Positions 47,379 through 58,166 of a stretch of DNA of 64,000 nt are shown piece after piece. How positions within the stretch are numbered: position 1 is the stretch's first letter; every line of letters begins with the position of its first letter. A program made the translations under genes and the position numbers. The notes beneath the pieces are model-generated. The model was not told where the DNA came from. It was given only the letters and a program-made list of their open reading frames with translations, and searched no databases. The stretch is from Fidelibacterota bacterium (GTDB taxonomy: Bacteria; Fidelibacterota; UBA8477), in the NCBI GenBank assembly GCA_021734065.1, contig JAIPJQ010000002.1:2136-66135 (forward strand), in the 5' to 3' direction.

Positions 47379-48313
47379 CCTCCCCATCACCAGCGTCCGG
47401 CAGCCACAAATCCGTTCTCCGGAACGAAGTGGTGACCTCGTTGGTGACATCCAAACAGGGTATTTATGTGGACGGCACATTCGGGAAGGGCGGTCATACC
47501 CGGGCATTAGCCGCAGCACTTAACAAAAGTGCTACTCTGGTCGGGATTGACCAGGATGCTTCCCTGCTGGAGACGTTTGATCAATCAGGTATTGCACAAT
47601 CCCTTCATTTGGTGCATGCCAACTTCGAAAATCTGGATCAGGCTTTGAGGGCAATGGGTATTCAACAGGTAAACGGAATTCTATTTGATTTGGGGTTGAA
47701 TTCAGCCACCCTGGAGGATGCTGCCCGTGGATTTTCTTTCGATCGTAACGGTCCCCTGGATATGCGTTTCGATCAGAGTAAGTCGCTCACGGCTGCCAAA
47801 GTATTAAATGAATATGACGAGAAATCCCTGAGTAAAATCCTTTTCGAATACGGGGAAGAGAAAGCCGCCCGCAAAATGGCCGCAGCCATTACCAAGCGGC
47901 GAAAAACTACGTCCCTGGAAACCACGGCTGATTTACGCACCATCGTTGCCGAATTGACACCCCATAAGTATCTGGTCAAAGCTTTGTCCAGGGTGTTCCA
48001 GGCAATTCGGATTGAAGTAAATCATGAATTCGAAGCCTTGAGAAGTGGTTTGGAAAAAGGGTTGGACTTATTGGTACCAGGCGGCCGGTTGGCAGTCATT
48101 TCCTACCACTCCCTGGAAGACCGGATCGTAAAGCGCTATTTTCAGTCGCAAGCTTTACAATCGGCGCCCCCAGAAATCCAACCCTATCAAACCACCGTTC
48201 CCGGTCGTGTGAAATTGGTTACCCGTAAACCCATTGTGCCTTCAGTTGAGGAGATTAAGGAAAATCCCCGTGCGCGCAGCGCAAAACTCCGTGTGGTGGA
48301 GCGAATTTCATGA
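47375..48313 (+). CDS. rsmH: 16S rRNA m4C1402 methyltransferase
   Basis: HKSVL, DGTFGKGGH, RGFSF..GPLDMR, FQAIRIEVN, SYHSLEDR and NPRARSAKLR. Confidence 0.97.
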   Translation: MTSPSPASGSHKSVLRNEVVTSLVTSKQGIYVDGTFGKGGHTRALAAALNKSATLVGIDQDASLLETFDQSGIAQSLHLVHANFENLDQALRAMGIQQVNGILFDLGLNSATLEDAARGFSFDRNGPLDMRFDQSKSLTAAKVLNEYDEKSLSKILFEYGEEKAARKMAAAITKRRKTTSLETTADLRTIVAELTPHKYLVKALSRVFQAIRIEVNHEFEALRSGLEKGLDLLVPGGRLAVISYHSLEDRIVKRYFQSQALQSAPPEIQPYQTTVPGRVKLVTRKPIVPSVEEIKENPRARSAKLRVVERIS

Positions 48314-48609
48314 AACGGCGTAACGGCACCTTTAGTGAAATTGTGAAAAGCCTGATGTACATCAGCGTCATTCCGTTGGTAGCTGGCGGACTGTTTATGT
48401 ATGTCCATATAGAGGAACAGGTCCGGGAAGCCAGTGCTCAGATTGAAAAGCTGCGGGCACAGGAAGCACAATTACGCAATCGGCAGAGTGTGTTGATTTC
48501 ACAACAGAAGCGCGCCACGCGACCGGACCAGCTCACACTGCGGGCAGTTGAACAGTTAGACATGGTTCAACCGATCCCTGAATCCATAACGATTGTGGTG
48601 CCGCAGTGA
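48310..48609 (+). CDS. ftsL: Cell division protein FtsL-like
   Basis: Single TM segment plus coiled coil, between rsmH and ftsI. Confidence 0.75.
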   Translation: MKRRNGTFSEIVKSLMYISVIPLVAGGLFMYVHIEEQVREASAQIEKLRAQEAQLRNRQSVLISQQKRATRPDQLTLRAVEQLDMVQPIPESITIVVPQ

Positions 48610-50570
48610 GTGTGAATACGTATAAGCGGTTTCGTCTGCGCATGGGCATTCTGCTCATCATGGTTGTATTGGTATGGCTGGTGATCGCGGGACAATTATT
48701 CCGGATTCAGATTTTGGATCATTACAATCTGAAACACAAGATCACCCAGCAGTTCATTAATAAAAAGCCTATCAAGGCGATGCGGGGAAATTTTTACGAC
48801 AGGAATGGTCGCCAGCTCACCCAGAATGTGATGCACTACTCCTTTGCGGTTAATCCTAATCGCGTGGAGCGTCCACAGCAATTGGCAGAACTGCTGTCAA
48901 AAGTCACTGGTGAATCCCAGTTGCATTTCCTGAAAAAAATCAACGATAAGTCCAAAATATTCACCTATCTGAAACGGAATGTCCCCAAGCAGGATTGCGA
49001 ACTGCTGCTGGCATTTCAGGATCCGGGCCTCATCAAAGAACCCTCCTTTCGGCGCTATTATCCATACGGAGAAGTAGCGGCTCCATTAATAGGTCTGGTA
49101 GGTACCGACAACGAAGGCGTCACTGGTGAGGAATACTATCTGGACCATGAGTTATCGGGTGAAGACGGCTGGATGGTTGTGGGCGCCGATGGTTTGGGTA
49201 AAGCCAGAATGCGGGGGGAATTCCCCCGGCAAGCTCCACGGGATGGAAACGATGTTTACCTCAGCATCGATCTGGAAATGCAGATCATCCTGGAGCAGGA
49301 GCTGAAAAATGCCATTAAGCGCCATCGGGCGGATGGGGCTATGGGAATTTTACTGGAACCCAATACCGGTGAGATTTTAGCCATTTCATCACTCCCCTCT
49401 TTCAATCCCAATAAGCTGGATAAACTTCCCGGACAGCCGCTGGTTCTGGCTCCGGTAACTTCCACCTTCGAACCTGGGTCAACCTTCAAAATCATCAGTG
49501 CCATGGCTGCTCTGGAAAAGGGTATCGTCAAGCCTGATGAAACCATCTATTGTGAGAATGGCAGCTATCCCATTTCTGCCGATGTACGGATCACCGACTG
49601 GAAGCCATTTCAGTATTTATCCTTCCGGGAAGTCATTCAGGAATCCTCAAACATCGGCGTGATCAAAGTCAGCGACCGGTTGGATCCCATTGACCTGTTT
49701 GCCATGGCGCGGGCTTTCGGGTTTGGAGAACGCACCGGTGTCAGCTATCAGGGCGAGTCGGATGGGGTATTGAAACCCGTTAAAGACTGGTCTGGTATCA
49801 GCCACGCTGAAGTTTCCATCGGATATGAGGTTTCCGTCACCGGATTACAACTGACGCTGGCCTATGCAGCAATTGCCAATGGTGGCTACCTCATGGAACC
49901 GGTGCTGATTCGCTATATCCGTGACCACAACAACCAATTTCTGAAGGTTGACAATGTGGGTGTGGTTCGTCAGGTAGCTACATCCAAAACAATCAATACT
50001 CTGACAGCAATGTTGGAAGATGTGGTTCGCCAGGGTACCGGGCATGCCGCCAATATTCCCCAGCTCAGGATTGCCGGCAAATCGGGAACTGCTAAAAAAT
50101 TGGTTAATGGAAACTATGTAAATCAATATATGGCTTCCTTCGTGAGCTTTTTCCCTTCTGATAATCCGGCCTACGTCCTGGCTGTAATTGTTGATCGGCC
50201 GCGTCGTGGAGGGTATACCGGTGGGCAGGTGGCTGCACCGGTCTGTCATAATGTTTTCAGTCGTATTTACAATTTGAACCAGGATGAAATCATTCTGGAG
50301 CCTGTGCCGGAAAGCCCCCGCACATCACCAGAACATCATGTGATGGCAGCCAATCTGCTTTCAAGTGTCATTCCTGTATCCAATTCCTCTACCGGTACCC
50401 TCCAAATGCCGGATGTACGGGGACTTAGCAAAATCAAAGCATTACAAGCCCTTTCCGCGGTGGGGATCACACCTCACTGGGTGGGCAGCGGTCGGGTAGT
50501 AAGACAGAGTCCTGCCCCCGGCAATGCCATTAAATCACAAACGAACTGTACGGTGTATTTGTCAGAATGA
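48606..50570 (+). CDS. ftsI: Penicillin-binding protein FtsI with C-terminal PASTA domain
   Basis: RGNFYDRNG, RYYPYG, EPGSTFK (SxxK), SSN, KSGT and PASTA MPDVRGL. Confidence 0.95.
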   Translation: MSVNTYKRFRLRMGILLIMVVLVWLVIAGQLFRIQILDHYNLKHKITQQFINKKPIKAMRGNFYDRNGRQLTQNVMHYSFAVNPNRVERPQQLAELLSKVTGESQLHFLKKINDKSKIFTYLKRNVPKQDCELLLAFQDPGLIKEPSFRRYYPYGEVAAPLIGLVGTDNEGVTGEEYYLDHELSGEDGWMVVGADGLGKARMRGEFPRQAPRDGNDVYLSIDLEMQIILEQELKNAIKRHRADGAMGILLEPNTGEILAISSLPSFNPNKLDKLPGQPLVLAPVTSTFEPGSTFKIISAMAALEKGIVKPDETIYCENGSYPISADVRITDWKPFQYLSFREVIQESSNIGVIKVSDRLDPIDLFAMARAFGFGERTGVSYQGESDGVLKPVKDWSGISHAEVSIGYEVSVTGLQLTLAYAAIANGGYLMEPVLIRYIRDHNNQFLKVDNVGVVRQVATSKTINTLTAMLEDVVRQGTGHAANIPQLRIAGKSGTAKKLVNGNYVNQYMASFVSFFPSDNPAYVLAVIVDRPRRGGYTGGQVAAPVCHNVFSRIYNLNQDEIILEPVPESPRTSPEHHVMAANLLSSVIPVSNSSTGTLQMPDVRGLSKIKALQALSAVGITPHWVGSGRVVRQSPAPGNAIKSQTNCTVYLSE

Positions 50571-52027
50571 GAGAATTAGCCGATTTACTTGAAGGTCTGG
50601 AAGCCAGTATAACCGGTCGGAAAAACCGGATCATCACTGGTTTGGTCTACGATTCCCGAGCCGCCCGGACAGGCAATGTCTTCATCGCTATCAAAGGCGA
50701 GGTTACGGATGGTCACAAGTTCATTGATCGGGCTATTGAAAATGGCGCCATGGTCATCGTCCACGATCATGATTTGGAGCGTTATCGGGATGAAATTACC
50801 TATGTACGGGTTAAAAACTCCCGGGAAGCGATGCCCCATCTGGCCGCCCGCTTTTACTATTTCCCAGCCAACGAAATGCTCACGATTGGCGTTACCGGCA
50901 CGAATGGTAAAACCACCACGACCTACTATTTCCAACACCTTTTAGCCGCTGCACACCAGCAGGCCGCCATTATCGGCACAACCGGTGTGCGCTATGCCGG
51001 TCAGTTTGAAGAACTCCCACACACCACACCGGAATCGGTTGACCTGCAGGCAATTTTAGCAGACTTGGTGATTCACAAATGTCGTGCGTCAATCCTGGAA
51101 GTCTCTTCCCATGCCCTCATCCAGCATCGCGCGGATGAAATCAATTTCAATGCCGCCATTTTCACCAATTTGACGCAGGATCATCTGGATTACCATGCAA
51201 CTCTGGATGCCTACGCCCAAGCCAAGCAAATTCTATTTAATCAGCTCTCAACGGATTCAATCGCGCTGATTAATGGGGATGACGAATATGCAGACGTCAT
51301 GGTGGCAAAGACACCTGCAAAGGTCATTCGTTACGGTCAGGGTGAATCCTGCGATTATCGCCTGACCCGTTTCGAGCCGGGCTCAGAGACTACGCAGTGT
51401 ACGCTACAAACACCCAAGGGTGAGTTGAGCTTCGAAGCCAATATCGTGGGCTTATACAACGGGTATAACCTGCTGGCGGCAATGGCGACTGTCATGGAAC
51501 TGGGATATGACTTTGCCAAATTCCAACAAGCATTGACCAAAATGCCCGCGGTACCCGGCCGGCTGCAACAAATCTGCACATCGCAAAAAAAAGTCTTTAT
51601 TGATTACGCCCACACGCCCAGCGCCATGGAAACGGTCCTGAAAGCATTACGCCAATTCTACCCTGATTCACGGCTCATAACCGTTTTCGGTTGTGGTGGT
51701 GATCGGGATAAGGGCAAAAGACCCATCATGGGAAAAATTGCCACGGAACTGAGCGATTATACGGTGATCACGGATGACAATCCCCGCTCTGAATCCACCG
51801 AGGCCATCATCCGGAACATTCTCACCGGCTGTGTCCCCAATAGTGATTTTGAAATCATCCCCCATCGCTATGGCGCCATTCAGCGAGCTATGCAAATGGC
51901 TGAGGAAACGGATGTCATCGCCGTTCTGGGCAAGGGACATGAGAATTATCAGGAGAAGCAGGGTATTCGCTATCATTTTGACGACACGGAAGTGATCCGG
52001 CGCTGTTTGGAGGTTAATGGCTGTTAA
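50567..52027 (+). CDS. murE: UDP-MurNAc-tripeptide synthetase (meso-DAP type)
   Basis: GVTGTNGKTT, TTPE, EVSSH, NLTQDHLDYH, DYAHTP, DNPR (DAP specificity) and GKGHE. Confidence 0.97.
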   Translation: MRELADLLEGLEASITGRKNRIITGLVYDSRAARTGNVFIAIKGEVTDGHKFIDRAIENGAMVIVHDHDLERYRDEITYVRVKNSREAMPHLAARFYYFPANEMLTIGVTGTNGKTTTTYYFQHLLAAAHQQAAIIGTTGVRYAGQFEELPHTTPESVDLQAILADLVIHKCRASILEVSSHALIQHRADEINFNAAIFTNLTQDHLDYHATLDAYAQAKQILFNQLSTDSIALINGDDEYADVMVAKTPAKVIRYGQGESCDYRLTRFEPGSETTQCTLQTPKGELSFEANIVGLYNGYNLLAAMATVMELGYDFAKFQQALTKMPAVPGRLQQICTSQKKVFIDYAHTPSAMETVLKALRQFYPDSRLITVFGCGGDRDKGKRPIMGKIATELSDYTVITDDNPRSESTEAIIRNILTGCVPNSDFEIIPHRYGAIQRAMQMAEETDVIAVLGKGHENYQEKQGIRYHFDDTEVIRRCLEVNGC

Positions 52028-53396
52028 TTCACAAAACTGTCGCGCACTCACCGGCGTAAAAATCTTTGGTGAATTCCAGCGACCAATACGTGGTGCTGTT
52101 ATTGATTCGCGCAAGGTTCGGCCGGGTAATTTGTTTGTCGCATTACCGGGCGAACACACGGATGGTCATGCGTTTATTCCGCAGGCAGTGGAAAATGGTG
52201 CTGGCGCAATCCTGGCGAGTCTGGAATGGGCCACCGGCAATGTCTGGAACGCTTCAATTCCCCTCATAGCCGTTCCTGATGTGGAAAAAGCGCTGGGTGA
52301 ATTGGCGCATTTTCATCGCCAACGATTTGATATTCCCGTTTTGGCCATTACGGGTACCAACGGCAAGACCACCACAAAAAATATGGTTGCCGCAGTTCTG
52401 GAAACCCGCTATTCGCTCTTGAAAACTCAGGGCAATCTGAACAACCAACTGGGACTGCCCCTTACCCTGCTGGATATGGATGAAAATCATACCGCTGCCG
52501 TGTTGGAAATGGGAGCCAGCCGTGTCGGCGACATTGCCTATCTCTGCGATATTGCAGAACCTACAGAAGGATTGATCACCAATATTGGTCGGGCGCACCT
52601 GGCATTTTTCCATTCCCTGGAGCGCGTTCAACAGGTGAAGGGGGAACTTATCCAATTCCTGCAGAACCGGGGACGCGTATTCGCCAATACTGACGATGAA
52701 CGGGTGATGGAATTGGCGCGGGATGTGGAGCAGGTCATTCACTTTGGTCGCAATCAGGTTGCCGAATTGCAGATGCAGGACCTGGGTCCGGACGATTGGG
52801 GCTGCCATTCCATCCAGGTGAACGGGAAAGTTACCATGAAGCTACACGTGAGTGGCGCAGCAATGGTTTCCAATGCCGCAGCGGCCATCGCGGTGGGGTT
52901 GGCGCATGATGTTTCGCTGGAAAATATTTCCGCTGCCCTGGCCGGTTATTCCGGTGAGCCAGGACGGATGGAGCATCTGGATATGGCAGGCTTTGCCGTT
53001 ATTCATGACGCCTATAATGCCAATCCGGAAAGCACGCGAATCAGTCTGGAGACATTGGCTCAACTTCCGGTGGATGGTCGGCGGATTGTGGTCTTCGCGG
53101 ATATGCTGGAATTGGGCGAAAGCAGCAAAACCGAACACATCCGGGTTGCGGATGAAATGACGCGCACCTGCGTGGATGTTGCATTTCTGCTTGGACCGGA
53201 AAGTTTGGCAATCCAGGCTGTCCTGGCACCAACCGATCGGGTCAAAACACACCATTTTGACGATTTGAAAGCGCTGGGGACAGCGTTGATGGAATTTATC
53301 CAACCCGGGGACATCGTTCTGCTGAAAGGCAGTCGCGGGATGGGGCTTGAGAAATTGTTACCCATGCTAAAAGGAGTGACGCTCAATGCTCTATAA
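52017..53396 (+). CDS. murF: UDP-MurNAc-tripeptide--D-Ala-D-Ala ligase
   Basis: ITGTNGKTTTK, GNLNNQLGLP, DAYNANP, DMLELG and KGSRGM. Confidence 0.97.
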   Translation: MAVNSQNCRALTGVKIFGEFQRPIRGAVIDSRKVRPGNLFVALPGEHTDGHAFIPQAVENGAGAILASLEWATGNVWNASIPLIAVPDVEKALGELAHFHRQRFDIPVLAITGTNGKTTTKNMVAAVLETRYSLLKTQGNLNNQLGLPLTLLDMDENHTAAVLEMGASRVGDIAYLCDIAEPTEGLITNIGRAHLAFFHSLERVQQVKGELIQFLQNRGRVFANTDDERVMELARDVEQVIHFGRNQVAELQMQDLGPDDWGCHSIQVNGKVTMKLHVSGAAMVSNAAAAIAVGLAHDVSLENISAALAGYSGEPGRMEHLDMAGFAVIHDAYNANPESTRISLETLAQLPVDGRRIVVFADMLELGESSKTEHIRVADEMTRTCVDVAFLLGPESLAIQAVLAPTDRVKTHHFDDLKALGTALMEFIQPGDIVLLKGSRGMGLEKLLPMLKGVTLNAL

Positions 53397-54495
53397 GCTG
53401 CTTTACAGCCTCACCGAATATGTATCCGGATTTAATCTGATGCGGTATATCACGTTCCGCTCTGCCATTGCCGCCATTACTGCGCTGCTGTTCTCTTTCA
53501 TTTTAGGACCCCGCATTATCAAAAAACTCTCTGCCATGCAATTGACCGAGACCATCCGTGCCAGCGGTCCCACAACCCACCAGGTGAAGGCGGGCACACC
53601 GTCCATGGGCGGACTGATCATTTTGGGAGCCACGCTGCTCCCCATGCTGCTGTTTGGTGATTTATCCAATATCTATGTCCAGCTCATTCTCATCGCCATG
53701 GTCTGGATGGGACTGGTTGGATTTCTGGATGATTATCTGAAGACGGTGAAGCGGAAAAAAGAGGGGCTCATCGCCCGCTACAAACTGGCCGGGCAGATTG
53801 CTCTGGGCATTTTTATCGGAGTGGTATTCTATCTGCATCCGGACTTTGCAGATCTGGGCACGAAAACCACCATCCCCTTCTTTAAAAATTATGTTCTGGA
53901 TTTTCAGTGGTGGTGGCTCTACATCGCGTTCATTGTATTCGTCATTACGGCCACCAGCAATTCGGTGAACCTGGCAGACGGATTGGATGGACTGGCGTCC
54001 GGATTAATGGCCATTGCCATTCTGGTATTCGCGGCCATTGCCTACATTTCCGGCCGGGCTGATTTCTCCCAATATTTAAATATTTTCTATCTCCCTGGTG
54101 CAGGGGAGCTCACCGTCTATTGTGCGGCTCTTATTGGCGCGATTCTGGGATTCCTGTGGTACAATGCCCGACCTGCAGAGGTTTTTATGGGCGATACCGG
54201 ATCTCTTGCCATGGGAGCCGCCTTAGGCGCACTGGCAGTTATGTTGCGGAAGGAGTTTCTCCTTCCCTTCGCTGCCGCCGTATTCATTATCGAATCCATT
54301 TCCGTCATTCTTCAGGTGCGGTACTTCCAGTACACGAAAAAGAAATACGGTGAGGGACGCCGCCTTTTCAAAATGGCGCCGTTACACCATCATTTCGAGC
54401 TCAAAGGCTGGAATGAGAACAAAATCGTCATCCGGTTTTGGATTCTGGGAATTCTATTCGCCATGCTAACCCTAACCACCTTCAAGATCCGCTGA
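53386..54495 (+). CDS. mraY: Phospho-N-acetylmuramoyl-pentapeptide transferase
   Basis: GTPSMGG, GFLDDY, NLADGLDGL, FMGDTGS and MAPLHHHFE. Confidence 0.98.
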   Translation: MLYKLLYSLTEYVSGFNLMRYITFRSAIAAITALLFSFILGPRIIKKLSAMQLTETIRASGPTTHQVKAGTPSMGGLIILGATLLPMLLFGDLSNIYVQLILIAMVWMGLVGFLDDYLKTVKRKKEGLIARYKLAGQIALGIFIGVVFYLHPDFADLGTKTTIPFFKNYVLDFQWWWLYIAFIVFVITATSNSVNLADGLDGLASGLMAIAILVFAAIAYISGRADFSQYLNIFYLPGAGELTVYCAALIGAILGFLWYNARPAEVFMGDTGSLAMGAALGALAVMLRKEFLLPFAAAVFIIESISVILQVRYFQYTKKKYGEGRRLFKMAPLHHHFELKGWNENKIVIRFWILGILFAMLTLTTFKIR

Positions 54496-55874
54496 TGAAG
54501 CCGACTGAGATAAAGAATAAGCGTGTGACAATCCTGGGAGCAGAGCGTTCCGGGTTGGGTGCGGCCAAATTATTGGCTCATCATGGCGCCAGACTGCTGG
54601 TCAGCGAAAAGGATGCCCTCAAGTTCACCGCAGAGAAACGGGAATTTTTTGCATCAATCAATGCCAAGTTTGAATTTGGGTACCACTCGGATGATGTCTT
54701 CGATGCTGATTTCATCGTGGTTTCACCCGGCATACCTGAAAACGCCGAGATAATGGCGAAAATTAAGGCGAAACAAATTCCGGTCTATTCTGAAGTCGAG
54801 GTGGCCAGTTGGTTCATTGATGAGCCCATCATAGCCGTGACGGGTTCAAATGGCAAAACCACCACGGTTAATCTGATTCATCATGTCTTGACAGCCTGTG
54901 GCATCAACACCTTTCTGGGGGGCAATGTTGGTCAGGCAATTTCTGAGGTCATTTTAGCCCGACAGGCCAGTGATGCTGAAAATGCTGTATTTGTACTGGA
55001 GGTGAGCAGTTTTCAACTGGACCATGTGGAGCGTTTTCACCCCAAAGTCGCAATGATCCTGAATCTCTCTCCGGACCACCTGGACCGGTATGACTCGGTG
55101 GAGGATTACTACAGCAGCAAATTGGGGATCTGGCGGAATCTGGGCGGGCAGGACCTGATCGGTTTTAATGTGGATGATGAGCGGTTGGTGCGTGCTGAGA
55201 AACCCAATGCGAAGCTCCTGGGATTTGGAACGACTGACTCGCCACAGCTTTTTGCCACTGTTCGTGACGGCGAATTGGGAATTATCCAAAACGGTGGCTT
55301 TCAAGCCATTATCCCTGCATCCGAATTGCCTATTCCCGGTCCGCACAATGTGAGTAATGCCTTGGCTTGCATCACGGCAACCAGTGCGTTCGTCCCTGAT
55401 TTGGGAGATATTGGCGCGGCATTACGCACCTTCACACCCGTCCCCCACCGCATTGAGTATGTGGAAACCATCAAGGGCATTCGCTTTTACAACGACTCCA
55501 AGGCTACCAATGTGGCCTCCACAGCTGTGGCAATCCAAAGTTTTAATGAGCCTGAATGGGTCATTCTGGGGGGTAAAGATAAGGGCGGTGAATTTTACAC
55601 ACTGGCAGTGGATTTAGCCCGCCACGCCCGGAAAGTGCTGTTGGTGGGGAAGGCAGCACCGATCATCGCCGAGCAGTTGGCGGGTGCCGTGGAAATGGAA
55701 ACGGTGGGCACCATTGGTAATGCCATTGACTACGCTCTCCGGTACGGTCAGGCAGGCGATGTGGTACTCTTGAGTCCCGGATGTGCCAGTTTCGACCAGT
55801 TTGATAATTACGAGCAGCGTGGTGAATTTTTCATCTCCATCGTAAAGCAGCGGAAGGAGCGGTTGGCGCAATGA
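54495..55874 (+). CDS. murD: UDP-MurNAc-L-Ala--D-Glu ligase
   Basis: VTGSNGKTT, EVSSFQL, DHLDRY, NDSKATN and SPGCASFD. Start reassigned to ATG 54495 (TGATG overlap). Confidence 0.97.
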   Translation: MKPTEIKNKRVTILGAERSGLGAAKLLAHHGARLLVSEKDALKFTAEKREFFASINAKFEFGYHSDDVFDADFIVVSPGIPENAEIMAKIKAKQIPVYSEVEVASWFIDEPIIAVTGSNGKTTTVNLIHHVLTACGINTFLGGNVGQAISEVILARQASDAENAVFVLEVSSFQLDHVERFHPKVAMILNLSPDHLDRYDSVEDYYSSKLGIWRNLGGQDLIGFNVDDERLVRAEKPNAKLLGFGTTDSPQLFATVRDGELGIIQNGGFQAIIPASELPIPGPHNVSNALACITATSAFVPDLGDIGAALRTFTPVPHRIEYVETIKGIRFYNDSKATNVASTAVAIQSFNEPEWVILGGKDKGGEFYTLAVDLARHARKVLLVGKAAPIIAEQLAGAVEMETVGTIGNAIDYALRYGQAGDVVLLSPGCASFDQFDNYEQRGEFFISIVKQRKERLAQ

Positions 55875-57016
55875 TTCAACGGGTACCATTGGATCGAATT
55901 CTGTTGATATTGGTGCTGGGCTTATTCCTGTTCGGCTCGGTTTCCATGTATTCCGCCTCCACCACCGTAGCGGAACAGGAGTATCAGGATGCCAGTTATT
56001 ATCTGAAAAAGCATTTACGCAATTCCATGGTGGCCATCCTGGTTTTCGTCATTTTTTCCCAATTCAATCATCAGTATTTCCGGAAAATGACAAAGCCCAT
56101 TCTCTTTATCGCTTTGAGCTTACTGGTGGTGGTGATTGCTCAGCATCGCATGTCCAATATTACCCGGCCGGCACGCTGGCTGTATCTGGGGGCATTCAGT
56201 ATTCAGGTTTCGGACCTTGCCCGGTTGGCATTCATCATCTTTATGGCCGATTACATCCATCGAATACAACCCCGGTTGACCGAATTTAAGACCACAATCA
56301 TGCCCATGTTTCTGATAACAGGTCTTACCTGCACACTGGTGGTCTTTGAACCGGATCTTTCCTCGGCAATGATGATTTTGGCCATTGCCATAGCCATGTT
56401 TTTCATGGGTAATGTGCGTATCAGTCACATTTCCGGATTTTTAGCCGCTTCCATTTCCGGCGCCATGATCATGGCGTGGGTGACGCCTTATATGCGCCAA
56501 CGCATTCTAACTTTTTTTGACTCCAGCCGTGATGTCACTCATGCTGGCTATCAAATCCATCAGTCCCTGGTGACGTTAGCGCATGGCGGATTGAGCGGCG
56601 TGGGCCTCGGGGATAGCTTTGGTAAAGCGCTGTATCTTCCCGAGCCCCATACAGATTTTGTATTTGCCATTATTGGTGAGGAATGGGGCTTTATCGGGAC
56701 ATTCCTCCTCCTGTCCCTGTTCCTGCTCATTTTTCTGCGCGGTATGCGTATCGCCCGGAATTCTTCCGATATCTACAGCATGTTATTGGCGGAGGGACTG
56801 AGCTTATCCTTATTCCTGTATGCACTGGCCAATATCGCTGTCGTTGTGGATTTGGTTCCTACTACCGGATTACCGCTTCCGTTGGTGAGTTATGGCGGAT
56901 CCCACCTGATGATCACCGCTGCTATGCTGGGCATTCTTTTCAATATCGCCGGGTCCAATGGCACGGGCGTACTAAAACAATCCGTAGGGAGTATCAGTCG
57001 GCTGTATGACGCCTAG
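55871..57016 (+). CDS. ftsW: SEDS peptidoglycan polymerase FtsW
   Basis: YSAS, ARW, EPDL, YLPEPHTDFVFAIIGEEWG and PTTGLPLPLVSYGGS. Confidence 0.95.
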   Translation: MIQRVPLDRILLILVLGLFLFGSVSMYSASTTVAEQEYQDASYYLKKHLRNSMVAILVFVIFSQFNHQYFRKMTKPILFIALSLLVVVIAQHRMSNITRPARWLYLGAFSIQVSDLARLAFIIFMADYIHRIQPRLTEFKTTIMPMFLITGLTCTLVVFEPDLSSAMMILAIAIAMFFMGNVRISHISGFLAASISGAMIMAWVTPYMRQRILTFFDSSRDVTHAGYQIHQSLVTLAHGGLSGVGLGDSFGKALYLPEPHTDFVFAIIGEEWGFIGTFLLLSLFLLIFLRGMRIARNSSDIYSMLLAEGLSLSLFLYALANIAVVVDLVPTTGLPLPLVSYGGSHLMITAAMLGILFNIAGSNGTGVLKQSVGSISRLYDA

Positions 57017-58166
57017 AAAACAGCTACGCGTAGCCATCGCAGGTGGCGGAACGGGTGGCCATATCTTCCCCGGATTGGCCATCGCGGAGGGCATTCGTTC
57101 CTTCATTACCACCAGTGCGCGATTCAGCTCGGTTGAATTTGTTTTCTTCGGAGGCAAATACGGTATGGAGAACAAGCTGGTTCCAAATGCCGGTTATCGC
57201 CTCATCCCCCTGTGGATCAAGGGATTTCATCGCACACTCAGTCTGCGCAACATTTTACAGAACCTGATTTTTCCCTTCCGGGTTTTGGTTGCGAATCGCC
57301 AGGCCAGAAATTGGCTGAAATTATTCCAACCCCATGTGGTGATTGGTACCGGGGGATATGCCAGCGCGTTGCCGATTCGTCAGGCAGTGAATCTGGGCAT
57401 TCCGGTTATCCTGCAAGAGCAGAATAGTTACCCCGGCGTTGTGACCCGCCGCTACGCTGCCAAGGCCAAACGGGTCTTCCTCACCTATCCGGAAGCGCTG
57501 GAGTATTTATCGAAATCAGCACCTGGTGAAGTGGTGGGAAATCCCATTCGTCCCAAAATGCGCAGTCAGGACCGACAGGTCGCCGCCGAGTTTTTCGGCC
57601 TCTCACCCCATTACACCACCATTTTCATTTTTGGCGGCTCCCAGGGCGCTCACGCCATCAACGAGCATTTCAAAAACAATCTTCACTATTACCTGGAACA
57701 CTTTCCGGTGCAATTCCTGTGGCAAACGGGTGGCCAGGACTTTTTCCGATGCCAGCAGGTGGTGGCAGGACTGGAACGGGTCCATGCGGCGGCATTCATC
57801 GATGAAATGTCCATGGCCTACTCCCTGGCGGATGTGGCGATCTGCCGCGCGGGCGCCATGACGCTGGCTGAATTGACATTTTTCGGAATTCCGGCTGTCC
57901 TCATTCCCCTGCCGGGCGCAGCCGCGAACCATCAGGAATATAACGCCCGTTCACTGGAAAAACGCGGTGCGGCAAAGGTTCAGCTACAGCAAGAATTAAC
58001 CCGAGAAAATATGGTAAATGCGCTGAAGGATCTCATTATGGACCGCGACGTGCGTGAAGCCATGGGGCGCAAGTCATTGGCGCTGAGTCAACCACAAGCA
58101 ACATCCATTATTGTTCAAACCATTTTTGATACAGCCTGGGATTATGTACAGACCAAACGAAAATAA
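57006..58166 (+). CDS. murG: Undecaprenyl-PP-MurNAc-pentapeptide GlcNAc transferase
   Basis: GGGTGGHIFP, GTGGYAS, EQNS, GGSQGA, RAGA and HQEYNA. Confidence 0.97.
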   Translation: MTPRKQLRVAIAGGGTGGHIFPGLAIAEGIRSFITTSARFSSVEFVFFGGKYGMENKLVPNAGYRLIPLWIKGFHRTLSLRNILQNLIFPFRVLVANRQARNWLKLFQPHVVIGTGGYASALPIRQAVNLGIPVILQEQNSYPGVVTRRYAAKAKRVFLTYPEALEYLSKSAPGEVVGNPIRPKMRSQDRQVAAEFFGLSPHYTTIFIFGGSQGAHAINEHFKNNLHYYLEHFPVQFLWQTGGQDFFRCQQVVAGLERVHAAAFIDEMSMAYSLADVAICRAGAMTLAELTFFGIPAVLIPLPGAAANHQEYNARSLEKRGAAKVQLQQELTRENMVNALKDLIMDRDVREAMGRKSLALSQPQATSIIVQTIFDTAWDYVQTKRK